64,000 nt of DNA from Octopus vulgaris (GCA_951406725.2 OX597824.1:42718001-42782000); one strand, 5' to 3'; positions 43,164 through 57,460 are shown, counted from the stretch's first letter. Numbers and translations are program-made. The notes: a model not told the origin generated them from the sequence alone.

Positions 43164-44027
43164 ATACATACATAAATTAATAGCCGAACAAAAATGACGC
43201 AATAATTTTTTTTTCTTTTCCAAAAATAGCATTTTATAATCTGAAGACTCCTTTTAGTTACTTTAAATTTTTTCTGAACTGGCTTTTTCTTTTTTTTCAA
43301 TATCTTCCTGATTAAAGTGTGAGTGAGACAGACACATAACGTCTGCGAGGATTCTCCTTTTGCCCATACAACTATAACAGCGTAAATGCAACCATTTCTC
43401 AAATACTGACTCCATTACATAAACACCGGGTTTATTAAATGATTTGTTTCGGCGATTTGTCAATGTTTTATTACAAATAGAGAAATGAGTATAAATTGTC
43501 TGTCTCGCATATTGAATAACAGTGTTTTGAGTCTAAAAGCTTCAAAGTATTTACGAGAATAAAAGCACACTTCCCATTATATTTTCCTATGATGGTTTCT
43601 GCATCAATGAAAATTCCTCTGTAGTTCTAGCAGTCGGTCTTGTTCCATTCACTTATCCTGCTTTTATCTCTTTTATTCAAGTATCACAGCAGCGTGACAA
43701 ATGCACCAAATTTCAGTGAGGTCCAGTTAGAGTATTAAGCATCCCAGATGGATATTACTTGTTCCAAAAGCTTTATTGGTATAAACAGAAAAGAGAAAAT
43801 TAAACGTATCATATATCACATAACTTAAGTCACCAGAAATCATTGCGTTCATATAACTAGATACCAGGAGCATATAATCGGTAGAAATAGCAACCAAATC
43901 TCAGCTTATACCTTAGCGAAATATAATACAAGATATGTATAAAAGAGGAGGGCACACATTGAATGATGTGGCCGTATATTTAAAAAGACAAAAAACCCAT
44001 TGATGCCCTCGACCAACGGACCTTGAG

Positions 44028-44110
44028 CTATACTACTACTACTACTACTACTACTACTACCACTACTACTTCTGCTGCTGCTGCTGCTGCTACTACTACT
44101 GATGGTGCTG

Positions 44111-44156
<46 letters not shown>

Positions 44157-44310
44157 AGCTGGTGCTGCTGCTGCTACTACTACTACTACTACTACTTCTA
44201 CTACTACTACTACTACTACTACTACTGTTGCTGCTGCTGGTGCTGCTGCTACCACAACTACTACTACTATTTCTGCTGCTGCTACTACTACTACTACTAC
44301 TGAATCTACT
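44028..44310. repeat. (CTA/CTG)n microsatellite
   Basis: Direct reading. Confidence 0.92.
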
Positions 44311-44439
44311 AAAACTAGAAGCATCTTTTTTTTTGCATTCATCATTATTTCTGGGTCCATTTGCGGGTGAAAAACCAGCTATTTTTTATATTAAATTTAG
44401 ATTTTTATCACATTCCTTATATAAGTCTAAAGATTACTG

Positions 44440-44825
44440 GTTTCAAATTTTAGCACGAGGTCAGTAATTTCTGGGTAGTGGGTAAGTCGACTACATCGAC
44501 CGCAATGTTCAACTGGTTCTTATTTTATCGACCCCGAAAGCATGAAAGACAAAGTCAACCACGGCGGAATTTGAACTCAGAACGTAAACACAGATGATAT
44601 GCCACTAAACATTTTGCCCGGGTTGCTCACCATTCTACCAGCTCGCTGCCTTTAGTTAAAAGATTATTAACGAGAAGAATGACATGATTAGGTCAGTGAT
44701 TTGAAGGACAAAACGTCAGCCGATACTATTGATCCCAGCACTTGATTGGTATTTTTAAAAATTGATCCTGGATTGGATAAAAGGTAAAGTTGACCTCGGT
44801 GCACTATGAACCCAGAATGTAAAGC
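44440..44825 (-). mobile_element. Two SINE family A copies
   Basis: atcgaccccgaaagcatgaaagacaaagtc..ggcggaatttgaactcagaacgt. Confidence 0.8.
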
Positions 44826-44856
44826 GCTTGAACACGTTCCGCAAGGCATATATATG

Positions 44857-44902
<46 letters not shown>

Positions 44903-45016
44903 TGTATGTATGTATGTATGTATGTATGTATGGTATGTATGTATGTATGGTATGTATGTATGTATGTATGTATGTATGTATGTATGTAGGTAGGTATGTA
45001 TGTATGTATGTATGTA

Positions 45017-45102
<86 letters not shown>

Positions 45103-45103
45103 T

Positions 45104-45488
45104 TTTATCTTTTATCTTTTACTTGTTTCAGCCATTTGACTGCGGTCATGCTAGAGTACCGCCTTGAAGTGTTTTGGTATTTTTTAAAGCCTGGTTCTTA
45201 CTCTATCGGTAACTTTTGCCGAGCGACAAAGTTACAGGAACGTAGATAAACCAACATCGGTTTTCAAACGGTGGTGAGGGACAAACACAGACACAAAGAG
45301 ACACACACACATACAGAGATACGTACATACACATATATGTGTGTGTGTGAACCAAATCTATTCATAAACCTTGAGTCATCCCGAAGCTATAGTAGAAGAC
45401 ACTTTCCTAAGGTACTACGCCGTGAGATTAAACCCGGAACCATGTGGTTGGGACATAAGCTTCTTACCACACAGTTACGTCTGCGCCT
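45104..45488 (-). mobile_element. SINE family B
   Basis: Colinear with 59003-59411. Confidence 0.8.
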
Positions 45489-45536
45489 ATGTGTGAATGT
45501 GGGCTCGCGAGAGTGTGTGTATGTAAATATATATAT

Positions 45537-45574
<38 letters not shown>

Positions 45575-45598
45575 TATATATATATGTATATATATATA

Positions 45599-45967
45599 CT
45601 AGCAGTATCGCCCGGCGTTGCTCAGGTTTGTAAGGGAAATAACTATAAAGCATTTTTAGAGAGTTATAGCCAAAAAATGGGGAAAAAATGATGGTAAATT
45701 TGTTTTTGAGAGTTAAAAAAGGTCGAGTTGCGTCCCCTAGACAGTCTATGGTTTGTGTTTCTGATTCTCGACCCCATGTCGAATTTATCGATTTTTTTCA
45801 GAACTGGGGGAACTTTTCAAAATTTTCGCTGCGTTAGTTTTGAATTATGACATTGGGCTATGTGTGTGTCAAGTTTCATCAGAATTGGTTGAAAGCAGTG
45901 GTCAGGGTGAGGGTACAACCAAACAGACACACAGAAACACACACAGACAAACTGCCGTTTATATATA
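45599..45967 (-). mobile_element. Non-autonomous Helitron (short)
   Basis: revcomp ends gagcaacgccgggcgatactgCTAG|t, same 3' end as 24207-25460; different 5' part. Confidence 0.8.
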
Positions 45968-46359
45968 TACATATATATATATATATGAAAATGATTATGC
46001 ATTCATTTTTAAGGAACAGGAAGAAGAATTTCAAATAAATAGAATAGAAAGTAAAGAAAAAAATGAAAAGAGAGTAATTTATTCTATTGTTATTCCCTTT
46101 GATTGCTATTGTATCTCGTTTTTCTTCACTTTCTCTTCTGATGTAGCTTTTCCTTTGCTCCGTTCTATGTGCTCATGCGTTTAAGGAAATGAATGGATAA
46201 AGAGAGAAAAACGAGAGAATTAGATGTTACGTAATGCATAGATAAATATGCATATACGTATAATGTATGTAAGTAGCTATCTATATGTGATTATCTATAT
46301 ATGTGTGTGTGTGTGTATATGTTTGTGCGTGTATGTATGTATACACACACACATACATA

Positions 46360-46471
<112 letters not shown>

Positions 46472-47499
46472 TTTAAAGCGGTGCTCTAACATGCCGCAGT
46501 CAAAAGACTGAAACAAGTAAAAGAATAAAAAAATATACATACATACACACACACCAACACACACATATACACACACATGCATATACTTTAAGCATATGCC
46601 AAAATATATAATATGCGTGTGGAGGGTGTGTGGGTGTGAGTGTATTGTATGTATATATTTATATTTGCATTTATAATTTTCTAATTCTTTCATGTTTACT
46701 TTCATATATGTGTAAGTGCATACGCATGTGTATACATATACGTGGGTGATAGACTCATCACTGTGGCCGATTAGTCACCACCACCTTGCCCCTGGGTATC
46801 TGTACCAGAGTTCGCCATGTTCTAATCATTAGATCAATGCCTCTGCAAAAGGCTGCTGTGAACTATCAATAAACTATCATTATGATGGGGTTTTTTTTCA
46901 AAATTGCAATAACCCAACTAGACCGTCTGGACAATTTTTTGTCATCTTTTCCAATGTTCAAGGACTTTGCTCCAACTTAGGTGGCATTCATCACCACTTA
47001 AAAATGCACAGATCTATTTTATTCGTCCTAGAGGCATAAATACCGCAATTCTTGCTTCCCTATTGCCAAATCCTATCCATTGTCCAGGCTGCACATTTTA
47101 GTCAAACGTCACTCCTAAAGTACTGTCTGTAAATGTAAGCTTTACTCTTCTTGTCACTTTCACCTGGATATTAACGATAATGATATCTAGTTATCTGGCT
47201 AAATAGTCTTCCCCTTCACCCCACCCAAGCATTTCTGACCTCTCTATCGCTCTCATAAATCCTTGAACTACCAGCATCTCTTCGGTCATTTCTACTCCTA
47301 CACAGACAATATTCGTCTCACGTCACTTTTTTTCTAAGTCATCGTCTCCAATGGCTTCTACGCTCACATCTCCTTAAGCTGTCTTACCCATCCAATATTT
47401 CACAATCTTTAACTCGCTACATCAATTTATCTCATCTCCTACAAGCATCAGAGATCGATATACAAACATCCCAAAGTACTTTGATTTCTTTCTCACCTC

Positions 47500-47900
47500 T
47501 ATCAAAATGCAACTTTCTCCTTTCCAATTAGATCATCCGACTTCTATTTCAATCCAACTACCCAACATTCTCGCATCTTGTGCTATTTCAAGTCTCCAGA
47601 CTGGTCGAAGCTCCGACAATTTTATACTATTCTGGCTGAGTACTTGCTTTATTCTTGTATTCTTAGTTCAGAAACAGCTAAAAGGGCAGCTGAAACTATC
47701 CTTTATACCGAGAAACTTCATCCCGCCCTCATCAAGTGGTTCATTCATAGTTGTGTTGCGCTGTTCAAGCAAAGAGACAGGGCCTACAACCCCCACATAA
47801 ATTCACTCTCTCCCAAAAAAAACTGATTATCGTTACCCAACAACGCAACTCTTGCAAGACCACTAGTGAATCAAGTGAGTTACCTTCCTGAATCGCACAA
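47500..47900 (+). mobile_element. Highly decayed CR1/L2-type ORF2 linker fragment
   Basis: YFKSPDWSKLRQFY...AETI...KWFIHSC...KQRDRAY resembles the endonuclease-RT linker. Confidence 0.4.
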
Positions 47901-48478
47901 TCCTCAAACTATACCGCCCATTCCCAAATTGCAGTTAATCTAGAATTCCTTTGCCAATATCCATCAACTTTGTGATATCTTCTTTACCCCTCACTTAACG
48001 CCAACAATTGTTCTGTGAGCAGAATCTCTGAGAAAAAAATCATACCTTGGCTGCCCATTTTGCAGCCATCACCACATTTGAAAAAAATCTTCCGAATTTA
48101 TCCCCTCACACTCTTCCAGATCCACTATATTTTATAATCACACGCCAAATGTGAAAGTACTTAAGGGTCACTTCAAACCAACGAAGCCACCGACACTGAC
48201 ATTTATCTTTCCATCAAATTCAAATATCGTACTCTATACACAATAGAGTTTTCTATTTCTTTTTTGGAACACTCTACAGAGGGTCATACCGCCAATCAGA
48301 TCGTATTATCGTTGCGTGTATCGACAGTGCTTTTTTCTACAGTTCAGAGGAATTATGTACATTATTTACATAATTTGACGGATATTTGTCCTCATCTTGT
48401 TTGTTGTTAAACCTCCAGCCTTCATCAGATGTCTCGGGTTCTCATTCCTAAGGTATTTTTCAATGTTGTTGTTGTTGT

Positions 48479-48534
<56 letters not shown>

Positions 48535-48536
48535 TC

Positions 48537-48600
48537 ATTGCCTGGAATCGAACTCGGAATCTTGGGGTTAGTAGCCCGCACTCTTAACCACTACGCCATA
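48537..48600 (-). promoter_or_regulatory. tRNA-like pol III promoter (A and B boxes) inside the Penelope 3' region
   Basis: TGGCGTAGTGG..GCGGG-CTACTAA-CCCCA..GAGTTCGATTCC. Confidence 0.65.
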
Positions 48601-50032
48601 TGGACAGGTATGGAGTGAATTTTAGAGCTTATAAATCTAATATTCTCCTATCCTTCCTTAATGCCAGTTCCCATACGCTATTCATTTCTGCTCTCGGTCT
48701 GCTTAGGAGATTGTTGTATCCTAACATATGTGCTGCTTCTTTTAGCTTTCATATTTTCCAGTGGTGTTCTCTGTTTATTATTCTAACTTCATCCCACAGG
48801 GAGAGGTGGTCTTTGTGTTCCCATACATGAACAGCTATACCCAATTTATCAATATCTCCTCGTGTCATAGCTTTGCGATGTTCCTCTACCCTTATTTTGT
48901 GGGGGCGGCATGTTCCGCCTTTGTATAACCTACCACAGTTGCATGGGATGGAGTACACGCAGTTTTTGGTCATATTCTCTTCTATTAGTGGATTTACTCG
49001 AAGGAGATATTTGCGAAGTGTTGTATTACTCTTGAATACTGTCCTGATGTCATCTGGGCCGCATATCTTTTGTATCTTACAGAGAAACCTTTCACATAGG
49101 GTAGACAGACTGTGGACAGTTTATTGGTTTCATCCTTTCTTTTCTTCATAATTGGAGTGGATAGTATGTTTTGGGGGTAGTTGTTGCTTAATAGATTGTT
49201 ATTGAGCTTGATCATTTCTTCGTGGTGTGTATCACGATCAGTACTTATATTCTTTGCACGATGTTTTAGGCACTGAGCAATCCCTCTCTTTACACTGTAT
49301 GGATGGTGGGAACTGAAGTTTAGGTATCGTCCAGTGAATGCTAGCTGATTGTCTTTTTCCTTTTCCATTGTGAACTGTATGGATGGCTTTATTGAGTTCA
49401 CATGATCTAACAGCACTTGGACATCTTCCTGGTGGGACCAGAGTATAAAGGTGTCATCAACATATCGCAGTCATAGGGTTGGTTTTAGTGGTGTTGATCC
49501 TAAAGCCAAATTCTCAAAGTATTCCATGTATATATTGGCTATTATCGGTGATAATGGCGAACCCATAGCTAAACCCTCATCTTGTCGATATATATATCAA
49601 TGTCTATACTGAAGTAGGTAGTTTCTACGCAGAAGGTCAACATTTCCATCAAGTATCTTATTGGTATACTAGTGCGTTCTTTTAGATGGGTGTCTGTCAC
49701 TAATTTTTCTTGAATCACTGATAGTGCTTCACCAGTTGGGGCTTTGGCTAACAGACTTATCACATCTAAACTCACCATCAGGTTGGATTCAATGGGGGGG
49801 GGGTGTTTGATCAATTCTCTGATGTGGTTGGAATTCTTCACGTACGATGTTGACTATCCTACTAATGGACTGATTATATCCACAAGGAAGCGGCTCACAG
49901 GAAGACATGCTGAACCTCTACAGCATTCTATATGTGTTAATAGAATACGATCCTTGTGAATCGTAGGGAGATCGTACATGTGTAGTAGTTTACTGTAGTG
50001 TTGAGTCAGTTGTCTGTACTTCATTTCTCCAG

Positions 50033-50078
50033 GATACCTGATGGAGGCTGGATGGTATATCAGCCGAAACGTTGTGTT
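50033..50078 (+). ncRNA. Penelope pseudo-LTR hammerhead motif (A9G in this copy; partner at ~48411-48433 minus has CTGATGA but lacks the 3' half)
   Basis: GATAC-CTGATGG-A-GGCTG-gatggtatat-CAGCC-GAAA-C-GTT^GTGTT. Confidence 0.7.
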
Positions 50079-50684
50079 AACAACAAACAAGATGAGGATA
50101 AATATCCTCCAAATGTAAATAATGTAAATAGTGCTTTTTCTATCTCGCATTTTATTAATTCTGACGTGCCTCAGATTTCTATTTTGTTCCCAACAATTTT
50201 CTTCTTGAAAGACTCGCCTACATCAAAATGCCGGAAGATGCGAATTATGTCTCCCAGAGAAGTAAAACAGTATTCTACAAACTTTGCAATTAAATGAACA
50301 AATAAAAGAGAGATTGGAATGCTGAATTCTCGAAGACAATTTCGTTGTTATTCATTGAAGAGTTTCAAATTACCAACTGAATAACACTTATTTAGTCTAC
50401 AAAATATTTTCCGTAGCTTGAAGCATCGTCAAATATTCCAAAAACATTAATCCATTCATCAACACAGAGTCAATTCCCTTGGTGAATGAATCACGTGTTT
50501 AGATAAAAATAGATGAAAATACCACATGCTCTGCGCATGAGAATGAATTCTCAATTTATATAACTGTATATTTTAAACTGCAGATAACCCTCATGAAATA
50601 TAACTACCTAGTACACACTAACAACACACTGGACGCATACTGCCTAAGCTAATACCCAAACCAAACAACCCAACCAACGGACAA

Positions 50685-50950
50685 CGCCAGGGTGTTTTGA
50701 ATCCAATGTGGCGTACATGATGACGTGCTCCTGCGGCGTGGCATACTTAGGATCGACTAGGAGACACCACCTTAGGGTGAAGGAATATCTGCACAAGGCT
50801 ACACCACCCAGCGCTGTTTCAACAACACCAACACTGTGATAAGGATTTCTCCACCTACATACAAGCAAGGGGGAAGGTTGCTGTTAACCTGGAAGTAAGG
50901 CTCTAGCCTGAAGTACTGTATTGGGCTAGATGCGTGGAAACACGTCTACT
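50685..50950 (+). mobile_element. Decayed Penelope GIY-YIG fragment with downstream hammerhead-like remnant
   Basis: PGCFESNVAYMMTCSCGVAYLGSTRRHHLRVKEY; CTGAAGT..GAAACACGTC at ~50908-50946. Confidence 0.6.
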
Positions 50951-51199
50951 GCTTCGAGAATATTTAAAATGAAAGAGCGGGAAATATGAATTGAATAAAG
51001 TTTTATGAAGAACCCTCAGTTCTAAAGTGCTAACTAAATAAGCTACAACTCCCAACAACAAGGCTCACTCCAGGTCACACGCAACATGTAGGGTAAACTA
51101 TCTCTCCTTCTGTCTACCTACCGAACAATCTATCGCTACCCCTATCAATCCCTCACAGACACAGACACACACACGCACACACACAAACGCAATATTTTT

Positions 51200-51344
51200 T
51201 AAGCTTGGTACTTATTTTATCTTTTGCCGAACCGCTAAGTTACAGGAACGGAGACACAACATCACCGGTGTGAAGCGGTGAATGAGGACAAACATATACA
51301 GAATAAACACACACACACATACACACACACACATACACACACAT

Positions 51345-51392
<48 letters not shown>

Positions 51393-51565
51393 ATATATAT
51401 GATAAGCTTCTTTCAGCTTCCGTCAACCAAATCCACTTAGAAGGCTTTGGTCGGCTCGAGACTATTTCAGAAGACATTTACCCAAGGTGTCACGCAGTGG
51501 GACTGAACCTGGAACAATGTGGTTTGGAAGCAAAGTTTCTTAACACACAGCCATGACCACGCCTA
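51200..51565 (-). mobile_element. SINE family B
   Basis: Colinear with 59003-59411. Confidence 0.82.
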
Positions 51566-53044
51566 CATGTACATTCTCATTAATATTTAGCAAAAGCGAC
51601 ATACATGCATATATATATGTATATATATATATATACGCACACACATATATACATATAGACACACACATACATGTATACATACATGCATACATACATACAT
51701 ACTTACATACATACATACATACATGCATGCATACATACATACATACGTACATACATACATGCATACATACATACAAATGTACATATATATATATGCATTC
51801 GCACACTTGCACACAGGCATTTACACACACACACATACATACACGTATAGATCTCGCTTTGTGCGTTAAAAGAATCCATATACTTCCGATTATAAGTTTA
51901 TAAAAGGCGAAAAAATGAATACGGTTTAAATAGGAGAGTTGAACGTACACACTGGAAATTGAGAGTCGCGTGTATCAACGAATTGCGGTATAAGCATTAT
52001 ATTCATGGCTATGTGTAGTTGCTTGTGAGAACTGTATACATAAATGATGTCCCTTATACGTACATATTTACACTGAGTTTATGTTTGCTACGAGATATGC
52101 GCGAAATAATGCATCACAATTTTGCTTTGATGTATATGCATAGTTAGCCTTCGGGAAAGTGTGGTGCTAGTTTGACAGAGAATACTAATATGCTTATTAC
52201 TCAATGACAAAAAGGCAACAGCACGAATGTCCTCAAACTTTTCAATTGATGTCATTTTTACCAATCGCCGTATTCGTTACTATATCGAATAGAAACCAAG
52301 ATTAGAGGGGAAAACATGAAAGCAAAATGCACATATATAATATAAACGCTGTCAGGAAAGTTCACATAATCTAGAAACATCGATGCAGTGGGTTCTAGCA
52401 AAAGTTATTTATGATATCTCAATAACAGGAAGAGAAAACGAAATACAATATCTTAAACATAGTGAATGAACGAACCGACCCTAAACCTATCCTACCCCAC
52501 GAGATAAACACTACCACTCCGCCAAAAAGAAGTGTTACGCGCATTATATATGTATATATGTATTTGCATATATAGGGATATATATGTGAGTGTGTGTGTT
52601 GTGTGTATGTATATAATTATATATACATACAGTACAAACATTGGTGTATATTCATCAATACATTGACACATATATGAGCAATGTACGTGCATAAATGCAT
52701 ATATATATATATGCATATATATATATATATATACATATACATACATGTATACGTACATATATATATATGCACACACACAAATATACGTACACACACACGT
52801 ACACGCACACACATCGTACGCATAAATATGATACATATGAACATATCTTTGGGATATTTCTTAGAATGGAAAAATAATATCCGTAACAGAAATCTATTGA
52901 CAGATGGAGCAATATATGATGTGTGTGTGTGTGTGTGTGTGTGTGCACAAACACATACACATACTCACGAATATAGGTAGACAGGCACACAAAAGCATAT
53001 ATACCATTATACGAGCAAAGGAAGTACGCACGGACATATGAATA

Positions 53045-53090
53045 TGCGCAGTCAGACAGTCACGTGACAATGGAAACATTTCCGCCCCGG
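53045..53090. promoter_or_regulatory. Possible cis-regulatory cluster: palindromic E-box GTCACGTGAC and GC box CCGCCCC
   Basis: Motifs at 53059-53068 and 53082-53088 in a unique, GC-richer island. Confidence 0.3.
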
Positions 53091-53965
53091 TTCTGTAACG
53101 ACCACGAAATCCCTACAGTCACATTCCAGCATCCCTGTGTCAAACTAACCCCGACTATGGAACAATCGTTCCGTTTCTAGAAGATCAAAAGCATTTTGAA
53201 CCCTGGGTGGTGGAACACAGTTTTATGGTCAGAGGCATTACCGGTGGTGGCGGCGGCTGCAGCGGCAGTGGTGGTTGTGGCGGTGCTGGTGGATGTGTGA
53301 GAGTATATTTGATGTCCATTGTTTTTGTTGTTGTTTTGGTAACAGCCGGTTGCGACAATGGCAACGGTGGTGGCGGCAGCGGCGATGGCGGCGGCAGTGG
53401 CGACGGTGATGGTAGTGGTGGTGGATGTGGTGGTGGTGGTGGTGGTGGTGGTGGTGGTGGTGGTGGTGGTGGTGGACGAGGGGGGAAATTACTGTCGTTA
53501 TGGAATATCTATAGATGAGCGCACGTTATTGAATGTTCGTAATACAAATAGATACAGTATATTGGCCTTCGCTGTTCTTGTGTGTGGAATGTTCATGTAT
53601 GATTCTAATGTGTGAAAGTGGGTGGATGCTTCTGTTTGGGTGTACGTCCGCCTCTGTTCATAAATATGTCCATATATATAATGTATGTATATATATAAAT
53701 CTATATGTATATGTGTGTCTGTGTGTGTGTGTGTATGTGTGTGTGTGCATAGCGCCACGTCAAAACGTTTTTTTTTCAATTGACTATATATATATATATA
53801 TATACGTATCAATACACACACATACATATCTGAAGATATATAGATATGATTCTATATATAAATATATATGTGTGCATACACACACACACGCATACACACA
53901 AATATATATTTATATGAGTCTGTGTGCCTCTGTATATATGAGTGTGTATGCGTGCGTGCGCGCGC

Positions 53966-53996
<31 letters not shown>

Positions 53997-55021
53997 GAGG
54001 CACACATACATACACACACACCAACACATACACACACTCATATGATAAGTCTTTTCATGATGTCTTTTCACGAAGTATCTAACACTGCAAAAGCGGCTAT
54101 AATTAAAGATTCATAAAATATCACAAAACGCTCTGGATAATGTCTCCCTGCAGAATCGAACCATACGTCGTCAATCGTCTGAATAGCAGAGATACCACCG
54201 AACCAGAAGAGAAAAAAAAAACTTCTGTTTTTCGGTTGTATTTGCTTCATTGAATAATTCGAAAATTGCTAAAACATACATTTTCAAATTATCGACATTT
54301 CAAAATGCAATTTATAACAAACACACTTACACACACATACATACATACACGCATACACTCACACACTCACACATAAGCATGTGCCTACACACATACACAT
54401 GCATACAGCTGCTTTTGATGTTGCTATTGATTGTCATGTTTTTGTTTTTGTTTGTTTGTTCCCGTTGTTGTTCCTTTTGCCGCTACTGCTGCAGCAGTTG
54501 TTATTGCTGTTGTCATGACTACTGCTGCTGCCCCTCTTTTCATTGACGTAGTTTTGCTCCAGGTGAGATCTGGTAAAATAGACCTATGCTAGAAAAGCAT
54601 TTTGGACAGGACCACTCTGTATTATAATTTATCAGCCTTTATCAGTTAATAATTTTGTGACATAATACGGTAAAGTTTCTTTTAAGAGTGCTTTGGCTGG
54701 TACAACCGAAATTAAATGATCTATAAGAAGCTATAATTGCCTGCGTGAGTCTCAACAGCGTGTTAATAGCCATTCATATCATCAACTTTCTCAATAACTC
54801 ATATCATTTCATCCATAATTTAACACGAATCTGATAATAACGACATGTCTGGCCATAGGTTCAATTCATATTTCTTCTGTCCCAATGGGTAACATTTCAC
54901 TTAGTCATGATATTAACCTACAAACCAGACAAATTAAATATGAACAGCTCGATTATAAGAAGATCCGAACAGTTCAATAATCAGCAGATGGTTAACATCA
55001 GTATGCCGACCGGCATCGTCG

Positions 55022-55120
55022 ATGGCTGAAACGAAGGAACAGCGTACTTCTGTGAAATTTTGTCTTCTGCTGTGGCGGCCGAAAGAGTTGTCATGTTTCA
55101 AATGGCTTACAAGGACCATG
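55022..55120 (+). mobile_element. Mariner transposase N-terminal fragment (pseudogenised)
   Basis: MAETKEQRTSVKFCLLL/AAERVVMFQMAYKD resembles mariner EQR..VKFC..LGK.A.ET..ML..AY. Confidence 0.6.
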
Positions 55121-55129
55121 TCACATTAG

Positions 55130-55289
55130 TTACGAGTAGTCGACTTCCCAAACACATTGTTCCGAGTTCAGTCTTACCGCGTGGTATCTTGGGTACGAGG
55201 TATGAGTTTTCTATTATAGCTGCGGGCTGACAAAAGCCTTGTGAGTGAATTTGGTAGAGGAAAACTGAAAAAAAGACCTATCGTATGTA

Positions 55290-55345
<56 letters not shown>

Positions 55346-55492
55346 CGCGCGTATTTACGTTAACGTAAAGTAGCATAAGATTTCGACAGAATACGTATTA
55401 GGATTATAAAAAATAAGTACTGGCGTTGATTCGTTCGGCTAATACCTTTTAAGACAAAACCCCAGCATGGCCGCAGATCAATGACTGAAAGA
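55130..55492 (+). mobile_element. SINE family B, degenerate
   Basis: gttcagtc..ccgcgtggtatcttggg..aaagccttgtgagtgaatttggtag..ccagcatggccgcag. Confidence 0.7.
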
Positions 55493-56158
55493 ATATTATT
55501 AAGTTGTTTGGGACAAATTTACACGAAATTTTGAATGACTTTTATTTTTTTCACTTAGAAGTTTATACCCGAGAACCGGGAGTGGTCCCCAGAGAGTTGT
55601 TATCAAAAGGGTTAAAAACTATGATAGCTGCTATGTATCATTTTGAGTGAAAGGTCTTTTACGTCTAGATAAATCCTGGCTAGGTTTTTAATAGATATGC
55701 AGTGCGCTGGTTTAGTTCGGTCAATTCAGAGTTTCTTGATAATGGCTCTATAGAATCGATCCCCTTAAATGTTATATTTATAGATATGCAGCGCTGATTT
55801 AGTCCGACCACTTCAGACTTCCTTGATGACAGCCCTATAGAATGCGTCTCCTCAATTGTTACAGTTATAGGTATGATTCCTGTTTAATTTTTCCGGTGAC
55901 TTATGACAGATTTTTTAAGAGGTATATTTATTGTTATAAATTTAAAAGTCACCCTAATGCTGTAACGCCTTCTTTTAATGCTGCACTCTTTATTCCCTTA
56001 CATGTAATGATAACTACAACTGGGCTTTTAGCATTTTAACATGTTTTGTGGAAATGCTTTTAATTCGTCTATCTATTATTCAATCTATCTATCTATCTAT
56101 CATTCAATAAGTTTATCTATCATTCAATCAATCTATCAATTTATCATTCAATTGGTCA

Positions 56159-56232
<74 letters not shown>

Positions 56233-56379
56233 TTATCTATCTATCTCTCTATCTATCTATCTATCTATTTGTCTGTCTGTCTATCTGCCTAACAAGCTCT
56301 TACTCTCTCCATCCCGCTCTCTCTCTCACTCTCTCTCTCTCTATCTCTCTATCTATATCTATATCTATCTATCTATCTA

Positions 56380-56419
<40 letters not shown>

Positions 56420-56497
56420 AACATACAAGAATACATACATACATGTGTGTGTGTATGCTTGTATACTTGAAAGTATATATGAACACATGTATATGTA

Positions 56498-56553
<56 letters not shown>

Positions 56554-56567
56554 TGTATGTATGTATG

Positions 56568-56603
<36 letters not shown>

Positions 56604-56736
56604 AACAGACACACACGTCACGCATACATATATGTGCATGCATGTGTGTCTACATGCGTCTAGATACATTTTTATATAATGAGGATCTGCAAGCAAATTA
56701 ATGTCCACAAATGCACTCGTATGTACATGTGTGTGC

Positions 56737-56774
<38 letters not shown>

Positions 56775-57140
56775 TGTGTGTGTGTGAGTGAATGTGTAAT
56801 CACTTTACCCCGTTTGGCGAAGGACAGGCTTAAATGAACCCTCAAGAGAACTGCATGCTCGTGCAATTTCTCAATGTAAGCATGTTTGTTCTCCTACTTA
56901 GAATTGAGAAACGGAAGCAAAAGCGATGCTACTCGGACAGCGGGAAAACCCTTCCCAACACCGCATTACCCACTAACAAACACTACTGCTACCACCGCAA
57001 CCACTTTCACTTTCACTATTACTGACGCTGCAATAAAAAGAAATAATAAAATAGAGACTGCAAAACAAATGCTTCAGACCAAACAAGTAGCAAAAGAATG
57101 CCTTGTTATATTGGTGCATAAACTGTGGCCTTGAGGTTTA

Positions 57141-57460
57141 GGACGTGTAGCTTAGCAGTTAAGGATATTCGACTCGCGACTGTAGGGTCGTGAATTCCAC
57201 ACCCGGCAGTGTGCTATGTCTTTGAGGAAGACAATTTGATTTCACGTTGCTCCAATTCACTCAGTTAACAAAAAGGAGCAGTACCTGTAATTCAAAAGGG
57301 CCAGCCTTGTCATACACTGTATCACGCCGAATCTCCCCGAGAACTACGTTAAGGGCTTGCGTATCTGTGAAGTGCTCACTCCTTTCCATGTTAATTTCAC
57401 GAGTAGGCTGTACTGTTGATCGGATCAATTGGAACCATCGTCGTCGTAAACCGACGGATT
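57141..57460 (+). mobile_element. tRNA-derived SINE (family C-type head, different tail)
   Basis: A/B-box-like head and tttcacgttgctccaattcactcag core. Confidence 0.7.

Larger units (their letters stand above)
48356..50130 (-). mobile_element. Penelope-like element (RT plus GIY-YIG), 5'-truncated and frameshifted, with inverted pseudo-LTR
   Basis: MVSLDVISL; GLAMGSPLSPIIANIYME; RYVDDTF; SIQFTMEKE; YLNFSSHHP; CVYSIPCNCGRLYKGGT.R...RVEEH; 48356-48433 is inverted relative to 50033-50130. Confidence 0.92.
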
